DNA of 58,034 nt, filler included, from Bipalium vagum (taxonomy: Eukaryota): the NCBI GenBank assembly GCA_037834085.1. It is 3 parts of 3 records of this genome, joined end to end, with 100 filler letters (N's around TTAATTAATTAA, not from the genome) between each part and the next. Parts side by side here need not be neighbours in the genome. Positions count along the whole stretch, not along the records: positions 20,386 to 37,406 come from JBBMKC010082244.1; positions 37,507 to 58,034 come from JBBMKC010250906.1; 1 more part is not named here. One strand, 5' to 3'. The notes beneath the pieces were generated by a model. It had not been told where the DNA came from. It searched no databases and worked only from the letters and a program-made list of their open reading frames with translations. Shown piece after piece: positions 25,930 through 37,577 of the stretch (its first letter is position 1; the number at the start of each line of letters is the position of its first letter). Both the position numbers and the translations under genes were made by a program.

Positions 25930-28638
25930 ATGGTTAGCGGATTTTTCTGAATGTTCTATTAAAATGGATAGTTTTAAAAATGATAAAATGATCTAGGATT
26001 GATCTGTTTTATAATTATTGTAGCAAGAAGTGATATGTATAAACATAGGCCAGGCTGGAATACAAATGGCCAACGCTAGCTGGGAACTATTTTGTGTGGA
26101 ACATGGTATCCAGGCCAATGGAAGATTAAAATATGAGCATCACGTATTTACCAATTTTACAACGTTCTTTCAGGAAGTTCCGTCAGGCAATTTTGTTCCA
26201 CGAGCAATAAACATTGATTTAGAACCAACAGTATTGGGTAAAAATATTTATTAAATGGAATTAATTAAGAATATAATAATGTATTAATGATAATAAAATA
26301 TAAATAGTCGAAAAATCTTAAGAAGATATTTAAATAAGTTGTTAATTAAAATACATGACAATTTATATCATAATATTATATTATTTTTGACCTGGAACTT
26401 CTGAAACTATTTCATTATATTGAGTAGACAATCAGATGAAATAAAGCTTTCCTGTTTGAAATAACAATATATGAATTTGGTAATCACTCCTGATTGATTC
26501 AGTGGTCTTGATAAAGTTGAATCCTTATATTTATCTGGCCTACTTAACTGCTTGATATCTATTACTTCTATTAGATTCTAAATATTTTTTTAATATCTCT
26601 GCTAGGATGAACCCGAGACAATTAAATTTCTATATTAAATTTTATTGATACAGTTTTCTAAGTAAATCAATGGTAAATCCTGTACACTCACTCTATATCT
26701 CATACACCTTAAGCTTCTACCAAAAAACCTTTTTTTATTATCTTAGCAACATTTTTATGTATCAAACTTATGAGAACCGCTTTTGTTAAAACCTTTATTA
26801 ATTGGCTTATTTAAACAACTTTCAAATTTTACAACTGTTAATGCTTAATTTAATGTAAAATAATGATGATTGAAATATTTTGTAAAAAGAATCGATGATT
26901 TTTTTATCATTCAAATAAAAGTTAAAAATATTTAAGTAATATTATTATGGGTACAAATAAATAACGTGGATTTTTTAATAACCAAAGCATATGATATTAT
27001 ACAGTATAAAAAATTAAACAGATAAATGAAATTATGAATTTTATAGTAAATAATTGTTAGAACTACTACTACTACTACTAATAATAATCATAATAATAAT
27101 AATGAAAATAATAATAATAATAATAAAATAATAATAGTAATAGTAATAAAAATAATAATAATGAAACTAATAATAATAAAAGTAATATAATAATAATTAA
27201 ATAAAAATAACTAATAAAATATAAGTAAAATATATAACAATAAATAAAATAATTACTAATAAATAATAAATTCTTTAAATGAAGCACATTGAATTATTTC
27301 ATTCATACACATACTTCAGTGGAGGGGTTAGATAACTTATTTCATCACGTTTCAGATGAAATCAGGGCAGCATCCTATCGTCAGTTGTGGCATCCAGATT
27401 ACTTAATAAATTGTTGTGAAGATGCAGCTAACAATTTCGCTCGAGGTCACTACACAATTGGGAAGAGTATTATCGAAAAGTTTATGGATCGATTACGGCG
27501 ATGTTCAGGTGCTTGCGAATCGATTCAAGGGTTCATAATTCTCAACAGTTACGGTGGTGGCACTGGGTCCGGACTATCTGCTTTGATACTTGAGCATATA
27601 AATAACGAATTTTCAAAAATCAGCAAAATTCAGCAAGCCGTTTATCCAGCTCCTCAGTTGGCCACTGCCATCGTTGAACCATATAATGCTCTGTTAACGT
27701 CTTCCAAAACCATGGAACTTACCGATGTCGTTACTTTGGTTGACAATGAAGCAATATATGACATCTGCTATCATAAGTTAAGTATCCCTCGACCCGGATA
27801 TAATAATATCAACCGACTGATTTCACAGATTTTCAGTGCCATGACCGTGTCTATAAGATTTGGATCTTCTTTACATAACGATTTGGTTCAATTACAAACA
27901 AATCTAATTCCGTACCCCAGGATACATTTTTCAATTGCCAATTACGCTCCTGTTATTGATTCTCATAGAGCAGTTCACGAAGGTCTTACAACATCGGAAA
28001 TAACGCGGGAATTGTACGACCAGGCTAACCAATTGATAAAGTGTGATATGCGCCTAGGAAAATATATGTCGTGTTGCGTTCAGTACCGGGGTTTGGTAAC
28101 ACCTCGTCAAGTGAATTTAGCAGTTTACGAAATCAAAAAGAGAACCGATATAAATTTTGTCGATTGGTGTCCCACCGGATTTAAGTTAGGTATTTGTCCG
28201 ATGCCCCCGGCTCTGGTTCCCGGTTCAGAAATGGCAGAAACCGATAAGAATTGCACCATGTTTTGCAACAATACGGCAATTGTTCAGCTATGGCAACGCC
28301 TGAACAAAAAATTTGATTTGCTCTTTCACAAAAGAGCATTCATTCATTGGTATGTTGGGGAAGGAATGGAAGAAGGCGAATTTGTCGATGCCAAAAACGA
28401 TTTGGCTGATTTGGAAAACGATTATGAAAGTGTTGCAGTTGCTACCGATGAATCTAATGTGCGACAATCAAGAACCAAGTCCCAAGGAAATCGAGATTCA
28501 CAAGGCGCTAATGTTAGATCGTTCGAACAAGTTCAAAGTGCAGGGTCGCAAGAAAGGAAAGTCAAGAAACATGACAGTATTACAGTAACTGATAATAATG
28601 CTAACTATAGTATGTTTTATAAAAGAAATTACAGATAA
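25930..28638 (+). CDS. TUBA: Divergent alpha-tubulin, 3 exons (25930-25932, 26024-26237, 27356-28638), 499 aa
   Basis: GQAG, VPRA..DLEPTVLDEIR, EDAANNFARG, GGGTGSG, VEPYN, QTNLIPYPRIHF, FVDWCPTGFK and KRAFIHWYVGEGMEEGEF are alpha-type motifs. GT-AG introns fall after the ATG and inside the D76-equivalent codon, both conserved metazoan alpha-tubulin positions. The 1500-nt CDS has no internal stop. Confidence 0.95.
26024..26237 (+). CDS. TUBA: alpha-tubulin exon 2
   Basis: ttgtag|CAA GAA GTG..TTG G|gtaaaa; QEVICINIGQAG..DLEPTVL. Confidence 0.93.
27062..27270. repeat. (ACT)n/(AAT)n degenerate microsatellite in tubulin intron 2
   Basis: Visible trinucleotide periodicity; it produces the spurious L/Y-rich ORF 27078-27287. 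Confidence 0.85.
27356..28638 (+). CDS. TUBA: alpha-tubulin exon 3
   Basis: tttcag|AT GAA ATC completes D-E-I-R in phase 1; open to TAA at 28636-38. Confidence 0.95.
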
Positions 28639-28713
28639 CGCTCAAAAATATACACATCCGAGATATATATTCAGATATATATATATTTTGGACGGTGTTT
28701 TAGCGCTGTACAA

Positions 28714-28719
28714 AATAAA
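28714..28719 (+). promoter_or_regulatory. Candidate polyadenylation signal of the tubulin gene
   Basis: AATAAA 75 nt after the stop; weak evidence in AT-rich DNA. Confidence 0.45.
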
Positions 28720-28925
28720 ATTTCATCATAATTAATAATTAAGGTTCCTTTTTCATAATTGTATCATTTTATCGTTTTTCTTACAGGAGCACAATTAACA
28801 TGATAATGATTAAATAGAATCGTTTACTAATCTTAAGTTAGTCTTGAAGATGTAATTTTTAATTAAATATTTTAATAATCCTATTTTTGTGGGAAACATT
28901 TCCCCTTGGCTAACTGTTAATTATA

Positions 28926-30167
28926 CAAGTGTTTAATAAGGCACTTCAAAATAAAAACAAATTTATTACGAATAAAAAATAGACAGGCTATAGTTAAATT
29001 AATGTAAATGTTATAATCAAGTCAGGAATATTTTCAATGTTTATAATAAATGTTCGATATGTCCACCATTTTCTGCCTCTACAGCCTCAAATCGAAGAAC
29101 CAATTTTTCAAAGGCTGCTGCAGTTATCTCGCAAAAACTGCTTGCCAGTGTTTGTTTTATAAGGGAAATTAATTCTTCTTTAGTTTTAGGCAGAGTTTCA
29201 TGATAAACTGTTGATTATTATATAGCCCCATAGCAAGTAATATATAGATATGGGAAACAAATAGCCTAGAATTGTGGAGAGTGTCTGCTAATAACAAGGT
29301 TTTTTCTAAATTGTAACAGGAGTTAATTAGCATTAGGGAAGATATGTGGGGCTCCCCATTATGTATGAAAATAGCGGAACAAAGTTTCTTATTCTTCCTC
29401 AAAGCAGGTAAAATATGCTCTAATCATTAAAGGATGGCGCTGGCCATTGACAGTTTCATAGTACATAAAGGGAATGAAAGTAAAATGTTTGAAGATGACT
29501 ATCCATATCGTCACTTTCTGTGAATGCTGAGGAATGGTGTGGTGTGTCTTATGTATTCACATAAAAATGGCATTCATCTCTCCAAAATAAATTACTCAAC
29601 ATTTCCTGATTGTTGAAAAGTAATTTTGTAAAATGCAGTTGGAGGTGAGAATCAGTTGATTTTAGTTCTGGTAGAATCGTGAATTTATAGAGAAACAGCC
29701 TCAGTTTATTACCAAAATGTGGCGCACACTAATGTGAAGAATTTTTTTTCCATCCTAGATTCTTCTAGAAGAGGTGCAGTCAATTTCTAATTCAGTTTTT
29801 TAAAGCAATCTGCAAGACTGCACATCGTTCATTTTTCTTAGATGGGCATCCTAATTTTCTCCTATCAATAACATTGCAGGTTTCTTCAAATTTTTGTAAT
29901 AGATTTTTTATGGAATTTGTAGAAAGGGGATAATTTATTAACTCTTTCTTAAACCTTCATGGAGTCGCAGTTGTATTTTCACTACTTGAATAAAAATATT
30001 TAATAATAAAATTTATGTCCTTCAAAGAAATCATGTTTTATCTAAAAAAACAATGAAATTGAAATATTAGCTACAAATATTAAATATTGATTTATTAATC
30101 ATAATGAAATGATAAATATTAATTAATTAAGATAACAAGCCACTTTTAATTTTTATGAAACACCCTG
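28926..30167 (-). mobile_element. Decayed Tc3/rosa-like (Tc1-mariner superfamily) element
   Basis: CAGGGTGTTTCA-type end at 30156-30167 with a degenerate partner at 28926; IWRDECHF, ETVNGQR, IFIHNGEPH (QDGAPPH-like) and ENGGHIEHLL* motifs. Confidence 0.78.
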
Positions 30168-30719
30168 CTTTAATAACACTAAGAAAAGTTTCATTTACAT
30201 TTGTTTAAGCGGAATAATTAATTAAATATATGTGATATCGTTATATATGACACTTTAAAAATTTCTAAAAAAAAATAATTAGTTAAAATTAATATTTTTA
30301 TGAAATATGTGAGCTACGACCAATAAAACGTATTTTATTTTAACAATATACCCATTAAAAGTCAAAAGTAATGCATTAAAAACATTTTAAACAAAATTTA
30401 ATTTTGATGTCTCATTGAAAATAAAGATCTAACATAATTTGAGCTAAATATAATTTCGAAATTATGTGAAATAATGAATATTTGTTCATCTGAAGATGCC
30501 ACAAAAATAGTTTTAATTAAACTATTAAATGTTAATGTGGTAAAATTCTAAAAAAATAATCCAAATAAGAAAATCGTACAAATGTTACTAAATAAAATGT
30601 AGAAAAGAAATAGTGGATCTAGAACTTGCGTATTTTATGTTTGTTTAAATATATCAAGATAATTAATTAAAATTCAAGAACCTTTAAATAATTATTTTAA
30701 TAAGATTTTTCAATTTTTT

Positions 30720-31260
30720 TTAGTTTTGGCTTCAAAAAGTCTCTACAATTTCAATAACAGCAATGATCAGATATAGTTCTTAAAGCGATTACTCGTATTA
30801 AAAATATTCAGAGACAATTAGGGACTCAATTGATTTTGATAACTGTGTCATTGAAGACGAAGTAAATATGGTGGAAATTGATGATTGCAAATTGGGAAAG
30901 AATAAAAATCAACGAGACCTAAGGTTAACGGTGCTGGGTCAGTGGTAGTGTTGAATTGACTGAAAAGAAAAATGTATCTTTTTATTAAGGTACCTGGCCA
31001 TTAAGCAGATATCTTAACCAAAATAATCAATGATTAAGTAAGGTCATGATCAATCATCTATAAAGATATATGTAAAGGATACTACCGTTTAAATGAAAAC
31101 AGATACCAACATGATACCGTTAATCATTTCAAGACATTTAAAGACCTAATAACTGGGGTTCATACCAATACAATTAAAGGATCTTGGAATTGTATCAAAA
31201 TGCAAATATAACCCAAAAATGGAACAGAAAAAAATGCGAAAATTAAAATTGGAAACTAAT
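30720..31260 (+). mobile_element. Merlin (ISXO2/IS1016-like) transposase relic
   Basis: VEIDDCKLGKNK, SIIYKDICKGY and HDTVNHFKTFKDLITGVHTNTIKGSW match VEIDESKFGKRK, SIIYTDCWKGY and HxTVNHS..FxDPxTGVHTNTIEGxW. Confidence 0.88.
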
Positions 31261-32195
31261 GAGTATTAGATCATATTCAGCAGTCTTATCTTTCATCCAT
31301 TTATTATTTATAATATATATATATAATAAAATATCTAAACCAAAGTTCGTTTATCCCTTTTATTACAATTTCACTCCGAAGAAAGTCAATGAAGAACACA
31401 CCAAAAAAGGATCTTTAAACTTTTCCTTAATTTTGTTATAAGCATCAATGTGATAATTTCTTTATTTTTTTTAAATAAAAAGATGGTATATGTAACCGGA
31501 GATCTTCATAATAATAATAAGAGCACCAATTACAGTACCATCGCCTATTTGGTATCACTAGATCTTGGTGATACTACTAAAATAGTTTCATTCATACTGC
31601 TTGGCAATATCCGTTTTATTATTGAATCACGGGTATTTTTTCGTATTGTATTTGACAGCTTAACATGAGTTTACTTTATGTCTGGAAAGAGTAATGCTTT
31701 CCAATATTGGCCTTGTAAAAATTATATTTTATAATAATTTAATCTTGCATCCCAGCCTCAATCCGAAGTCTTGTCTCTGACTTCAGTAACCATTGCTATC
31801 TACAATATTGGATATTGATAGAACTAGGGTTTCTGAGCGGAAAATTATCTCCTTTAAGCTTTGTGAGAGAATTGAATGAAGCTCGATGGGCATCTTCTTA
31901 TGTAAGCCTTAATATAGGAAATTTTAAACTTGCTTATTATTTAATATTGTATGCTAAAAGAAGTTGTAAAAGCAACAAATGTCGTACTATTAATTTTATT
32001 TATTTATTTTCTTGTTATATTATTTTTTATAATTTCAAACAATTTGTGCATACTCTGCATATCCTTTATGCATCTCCATACGATAAATCGTCAGGTTCAT
32101 AAGACCAAAGAATAATTAAATGCTATTAAAAGGACAATTGAATCACAAGCTAAACCATATTCAAGTCATACTTTAAGACGAACAAAATTTTGTCT

Positions 32196-32470
32196 TCAAT
32201 CATTAACGAAAACATTATCCGATGATTTGTTGAAATGTTTCTGAATGAATCTTGAGACTGCATTATTTGATACCTTAATCTTCAGACTAGATCTGTACGG
32301 TGTTGTCTGAAATGGTTTTGGAACAAGTCCCGGCCTTTCTCTTTCACTTTTTCTCGATAGCGATCTCAATTCCGTCACCAGCAAGACCAACAACTCATCC
32401 ACTCCATGGTTGAGACTCGTAGCAATTTCTTTGAATCTCAAGTTGTAAATGCAAGACAGTCTCTTTCCCT
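32196..32470 (-). CDS. Terminal exon of an RGK-like (Rad/Gem/Rem) small GTPase
   Basis: tttctag acceptor, then EGKRLSCIYNLRFKEIATSLNHGVDELLVLLVTELR (cf. RGK EG...FIETSAALNHNVDELLVGI..QIR) and a C-terminal AVSRFIQKHFNKSSDNV; upstream exons not found in this contig. Confidence 0.7.
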
Positions 32471-34199
32471 CTAGAAATATCAAATTTACGTATTATACCT
32501 TTACTTACCTTTACTTTTCGTTATTCACTATCTCTGAACAAAATTTACATGAATAAAAAAATGATAAATAATGTAGTGGACGAAAATTTGTTTTCCCTTT
32601 CAATTATTTATAATAATAATAATAATTATTCTTCTTATCACATAAAAATTTAAATTTAAAGAATTACAATAGAGAAATTGAGTAAAATATTGAATTTTTT
32701 ACAGATAATTGACGCAAATTCGATAAAAACCTGAAATCTTCAGTCACATTTAACTTCATTTGAAGGAAAAATAAAAGATATCTAGATTAAATTATTTTAT
32801 AATTTATATTATTTTTAGTAAACAAATAAAATACATTGTTCTCTATGACACACAAACCATATTTCCTCAGTAGACATTTATTCATAATTTCTGTCAATTA
32901 CATGACGAGCACCAGTCAAACAAGCCAAAATAAATCTCTTCCAGTGTATTTAAGGACTAATCATTATTTTTTTAATATTTTAATTACTGTTATGTTTGCA
33001 ATCGGATATTTTGAGTGATTCAAACACAGTAAATAATCGATTTTTCATGATATTCCATTTCGCCAATTTTTCTTATTTATAATTTATAATAATATAAATT
33101 ATATAATAATATATAATTTTATTTATTTATTTGTATTATTCATATTCTATTTTTCTCCATACGATTTTATTTATTTATTCATGATTATTTAAAATTCATG
33201 GTTATATTTTAATAATTTATATTTTAATTGTAATTTTTTTTAGTTAATTTGTTAGTTTAAATAAGTTTCACCTTTGAATAATAAATTAAACCGAATTCTT
33301 AGTTTTAGGTCCAAAACTTTATTATATTTCAATAAAAACACAAAGACTAGGTCTTATTTCTTTTTTTTACTGTGATATTGTTTGCTTTTATGACTTAGGG
33401 TATAGAGTAATTTCGAAACATCTAATAGGTGATGGATTGAAGGAGTTATATAAAGCTCTTCTTAGACGCAGTTAAGACGGTGCATTTCTTTCATAAGGTT
33501 TTTTATGCACAGCTGAAGATTGGCGAAGAGAACCAGGTAAATTGCTTTATTTTCCTTTTAATCCTTTCCAATCTACTGCCGATGACTGGTGAAGAAGAGC
33601 TGATGAGGCTGACAAAACCTTCGGAAAGAAGAAACCAAAAGAAGATGCCAAAGATGATTTTAAACGAATTGAACACATCAAAAAAATCTGACGAAAATGG
33701 TCACAAAGTGTTTTACAAAATAAATATTGCTTTTATTTTCAGAGACGTCAAAGCCACATACTTAAGAATCGAGAAGAATGATTCTTGTCATTTATTATAA
33801 TGCAATAGGGAGTGAGAAACACCCTGAAATAAAGACAGGATTTTCAAAATATCCGAAAGCGTTTAATTCCTTTAACACATCTGCATATGTTGATTATATA
33901 AATAATAAAAAACATGGGTGATTTATATGGTTTTTAATCTTTAGGAAAACTAGATTCGGATAGGAAAGTAATTTTATTTATGGTTAATGCATCAAGGTAT
34001 GTTAAGAAAAATATCTTTCTTAATGCAAAATAGTTTTCATCCAGAAAATATCGATGTAGTCTGCAGACATTGGATAAAATTGACTAACAATAGCATTGAC
34101 ATTTATTTTAATTTCGATGAGAATGCATTTAAAAATAATAGTTTTACCACGGATGACGAAGAAATCTTAGAGTTATTAAAATATGATGTTAATAGTGAT

Positions 34200-35258
34200 C
34201 TAAATATGTCAACATTGACATCAAGCAAAGAACAAATGCCGGAAGTTCTCATTCATTACTCCATGATGAACAAAACTGCGACAGAGCTGCAGGATATTAT
34301 GCGATGTTTATGGAAAACATGTATTATCTCAGGACATATGCGAGCGTTGGTTTCACCACTTCAGAATTAATGATTTCAGTGTGAAGGATAAAGAACGCCC
34401 AGGCCTTTTTTCTTAATTTGAAAACCACGATTTACAAAGTTTATTGGATGAAGATGCTTGTCAATCACAAAATCAACTTGAGTAAGATATTAAAGGAAGA
34501 AAAATGGGTGACTCGTCAATTGAATGAAAGACAACTAGAAAACCGAAAAGTAGTCAGTGACATACTCTTACAATGGCATGAAAGAAAGTCTCTGACTATT
34601 AACAGGAGATGAAAAGTGGATCTATTTTAAAAATCTCAAACTTACAAAACCATGGGTTAACCGAGGTCAACCATCAAAAGAAACTACAAGACCAGTCCAC
34701 TTCGGAAAGAAAACAATGCTTGGCGTCTGGTGGGATCAGCATGGCATGGTGTAACATGAGCTTCTCAAACCAGGTGAAAGTGTTAATCCGAAGAGATACC
34801 AAAACGAAATAGCCCAGCTGAATCAGTCTCTAATTTTTAAACGTCCGGAATAGGTGAATAAACATGGAGAAGTAATTCTTCTACATGACAAAGCAACGCT
34901 TCACAGTTCTTAAGCAGTTAAAAGCATGTTAAAAGATATAAAAAAGGGAGTAATCACTCATCCGACGTATTCACTAGATCTTGTTCCTTCCTATGTTCAC
35001 CTGATCTCGTACAATGGCACATGGACTTGCTGAGCAGCACTTCAAATCGTATGAACATTTCCAAAATTGGGTCTTTGGGTGGTTCTCTCGAAAGCAGAAA
35101 AGTTCTTTTGGAATAGCATCTATAAATTGATTGAAAGATGGAAAAAATGTGTGGATAACAATGGCCATTATTTTGAATAAATTATTTTTTATTTTCGTTT
35201 TGAAATTACCTTGATTCGGTTATTAAAATAATCCACATTATTTATTGGTACCCATAAT
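34200..35258 (+). mobile_element. Near full-length decayed mariner
   Basis: WFHHFRINDFSVKDKERPG, WVTRQL, LTGDEKWIYFKN, MLGVWWDQHG, THPTYSLDLVPS and C-terminal ..KCVDNNGHYFE*. Confidence 0.92.
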
Positions 35259-35744
35259 ACATCTTTTCTGAATACAATTTAAGTGTTTTGCTTTAGTTAC
35301 CCAGTTTTAGAATTTTCGCCAAATTCCGTTTCGCCAATGTTTTAATTTTTCTTAAATAACCTCACAGTCGTAACCTCACGTAGTTGGAGTCTCAAATTTA
35401 GTTGTATTCATTGGAATCCATTTTATAACTCTATAGTAATAAATATCCTCTTGAAAGGACTTTTACAATTAAAGATACAACTAGAAATTTTCACAAATGA
35501 AGTTTTAGTGACATCCATTGATAGTTGTGAATTAGAATGGACCTTCTAGAAGTTAGGATGTTCAAAAATTAAAATCTATTAAGGTTACAAAGCAAAAGTT
35601 GATACATTGCAAAATTCAGCCTGAACATTTTACCGTTATAGTATACAAACGTACAAAAAATAATAAAATCTATAAATCTTATTTATTTCGTTTAAACGGC
35701 TTTGTTAACAGGGGCAATTGAAGAATTTGGGAGCTCATCTGCTA

Positions 35745-36130
35745 GGTGCAATTATTCCAAGATGCCACTCCAGTCCAGAAGTTATTGCTTGAATGGGTAT
35801 TTCTATATCACGTATTTATAGTCGGTTATTTTAATGGCCCAAACAATTCAGAAATGCCGAAGCCTTACGTCATGACACAACTGCGTCGGCAAACAAGAAC
35901 AAAATTAATTTTTCAACTGGATGAAGATCTTGATCGATGCTCGCATGAAGTTAGAAATATTTTGAACAGCATATTTCCCGGATGGTGATTTGGGTGACCA
36001 GAACAAATACATTTGGCTGGGAAATCATCAGATCTTTCCAAAATGAAATTCTTTTTTGGGGATGTCTACAGACAAAGATTAATGCAAAAAAACTAAATAA
36101 GCTAAAAGACCTGATTAAATATATCATCAG
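35745..36130 (+). mobile_element. Tc3/rosa-like transposase fragment
   Basis: IFQLDE..EVRNILNSIFPGW*FG..SSDLSKMKFFF resembles FQQDGAP..VREFLNETFPGRWIG..SPDLTPLDFF. Confidence 0.72.
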
Positions 36131-36790
36131 TTCTTTATAATTTAAATATTCCAGCCTTTTAATTATTATTTTTTCTGAAAAAAATTGTTACATTATTTTC
36201 TCTCGTGTAAAATTTGATTGAGAAATTATTATTACAATGTAGTTTTTAATAATTTAGTTTTATTAGTTAAATAAATTCATTTAAACAAGGTATATAACTG
36301 AGAAGTATTAAAAGAAATTTATGTAGAATCAGGATTTCAATGATAATATTTATAACATCATTTCTTTTGGTTTTTGGACAGAAAAAGTTTATTATAATTA
36401 TTATTACGCAACAATATTCTCATTAAAATCATGGCCATAAAAACGATTTTTGTTGAGAAAATCAGAAATATTTTCCTCTTTTAAAATTTAATCAAAAAAG
36501 AAATGAAAAACATTCAGAATTGAAACATCAAAAATTGAATCGAAGCCGAATCTCTTATCGGAAACAGCTCGAAAGAACAAAAAGAAGAATGTAATACATT
36601 CATCTCCTATCACTTCAATGGCCAGGTGATTGTGGCTGTACAATAATCAAGATGGCCATCCTAATTAACAGCGACAGTTTTCCATAAAAGGCGCTTCAAA
36701 GATTGAAAAATATGAAAAATGAAATGGAGATTTTAATTCAATTCGACATCAAGTTTATCCATGAGAATGATGTGAAAATTGAACATTATT

Positions 36791-36825
<35 letters not shown>

Positions 36826-37406
36826 CTATATTTTCTGTTATTATGAAGAATACACGTGGGAATTTTTAATTTTAATATCATTAATTAAATCTGAATTATA
36901 ATAAAATAAAATTTTATTGTAATTAATTTTTTATTATTATATTTTTTTATTATTTTATTAAATTGAAACAGTAATTAAGTTACATTAATTTAAAATTTGA
37001 ACAGTTAAAAAATCAAAAGTATTAGGGTGAACCAAAAGTTCGGGTGTTTTTTACACATTATATATTATTCGATCATTCGGAAAAAATGACTTGCACTTCA
37101 ATAGTCAAAACATTCAAGGATTTCTATAAATAATATTTAGATCTGATTGATTTTCAATGTTATCATAATTAATATAATATAATTCTATATGTTGCATCTT
37201 TTTAATATAAATTGATATTTAAAACTGATATATTTTATTGATTTCAGTAAGTAATTCATCATTTTATAGATTGTTAAATTATCTTTAATATGAGCTGTCG
37301 AATATATACTCATGGAAAAAAGTAAAAATCACCCTAAAATTCTAAATAATTGTTAATAAATTAAAAAATTTCTAAACTATTTTTTATTGTTTAAATTTTT
37401 CAAATC

Positions 37407-37506
37407 NNNNNNNNNNNNNNNNNNNNNNNNNNNNNNNNNNNNNNNNNNNNTTAATTAATTAANNNNNNNNNNNNNNNNNNNNNNNNNNNNNNNNNNNNNN
37501 NNNNNN
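37407..37506. other. Artificial assembly linker/gap
   Basis: 44 N + TTAATTAATTAA + 44 N. Confidence 0.97.

Positions 37507-37573
<67 letters not shown>
37507..37573. repeat. (AAT)n microsatellite at the contig edge
   Basis: About 22 perfect AAT units adjoining the gap. Confidence 0.95.

Positions 37574-37577
<4 letters not shown>

Noticed and set aside
27289-27355. ORF-track N-terminus of the 449-aa tubulin ORF
   Set aside because: Intronic read-through; homology starts at the AG acceptor at 27354-55.
32509-32533. 25-nt exon-like segment with GTAAGT donor just upstream of the RGK exon
   Set aside because: It contains stops in all three frames, so it cannot be the preceding coding exon.
33595-33640. 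CTGATGA..GAAA hammerhead-like core (similar partial match at ~43660-43710)
   Set aside because: No consistent stems I-III or cleavage triplet can be drawn.
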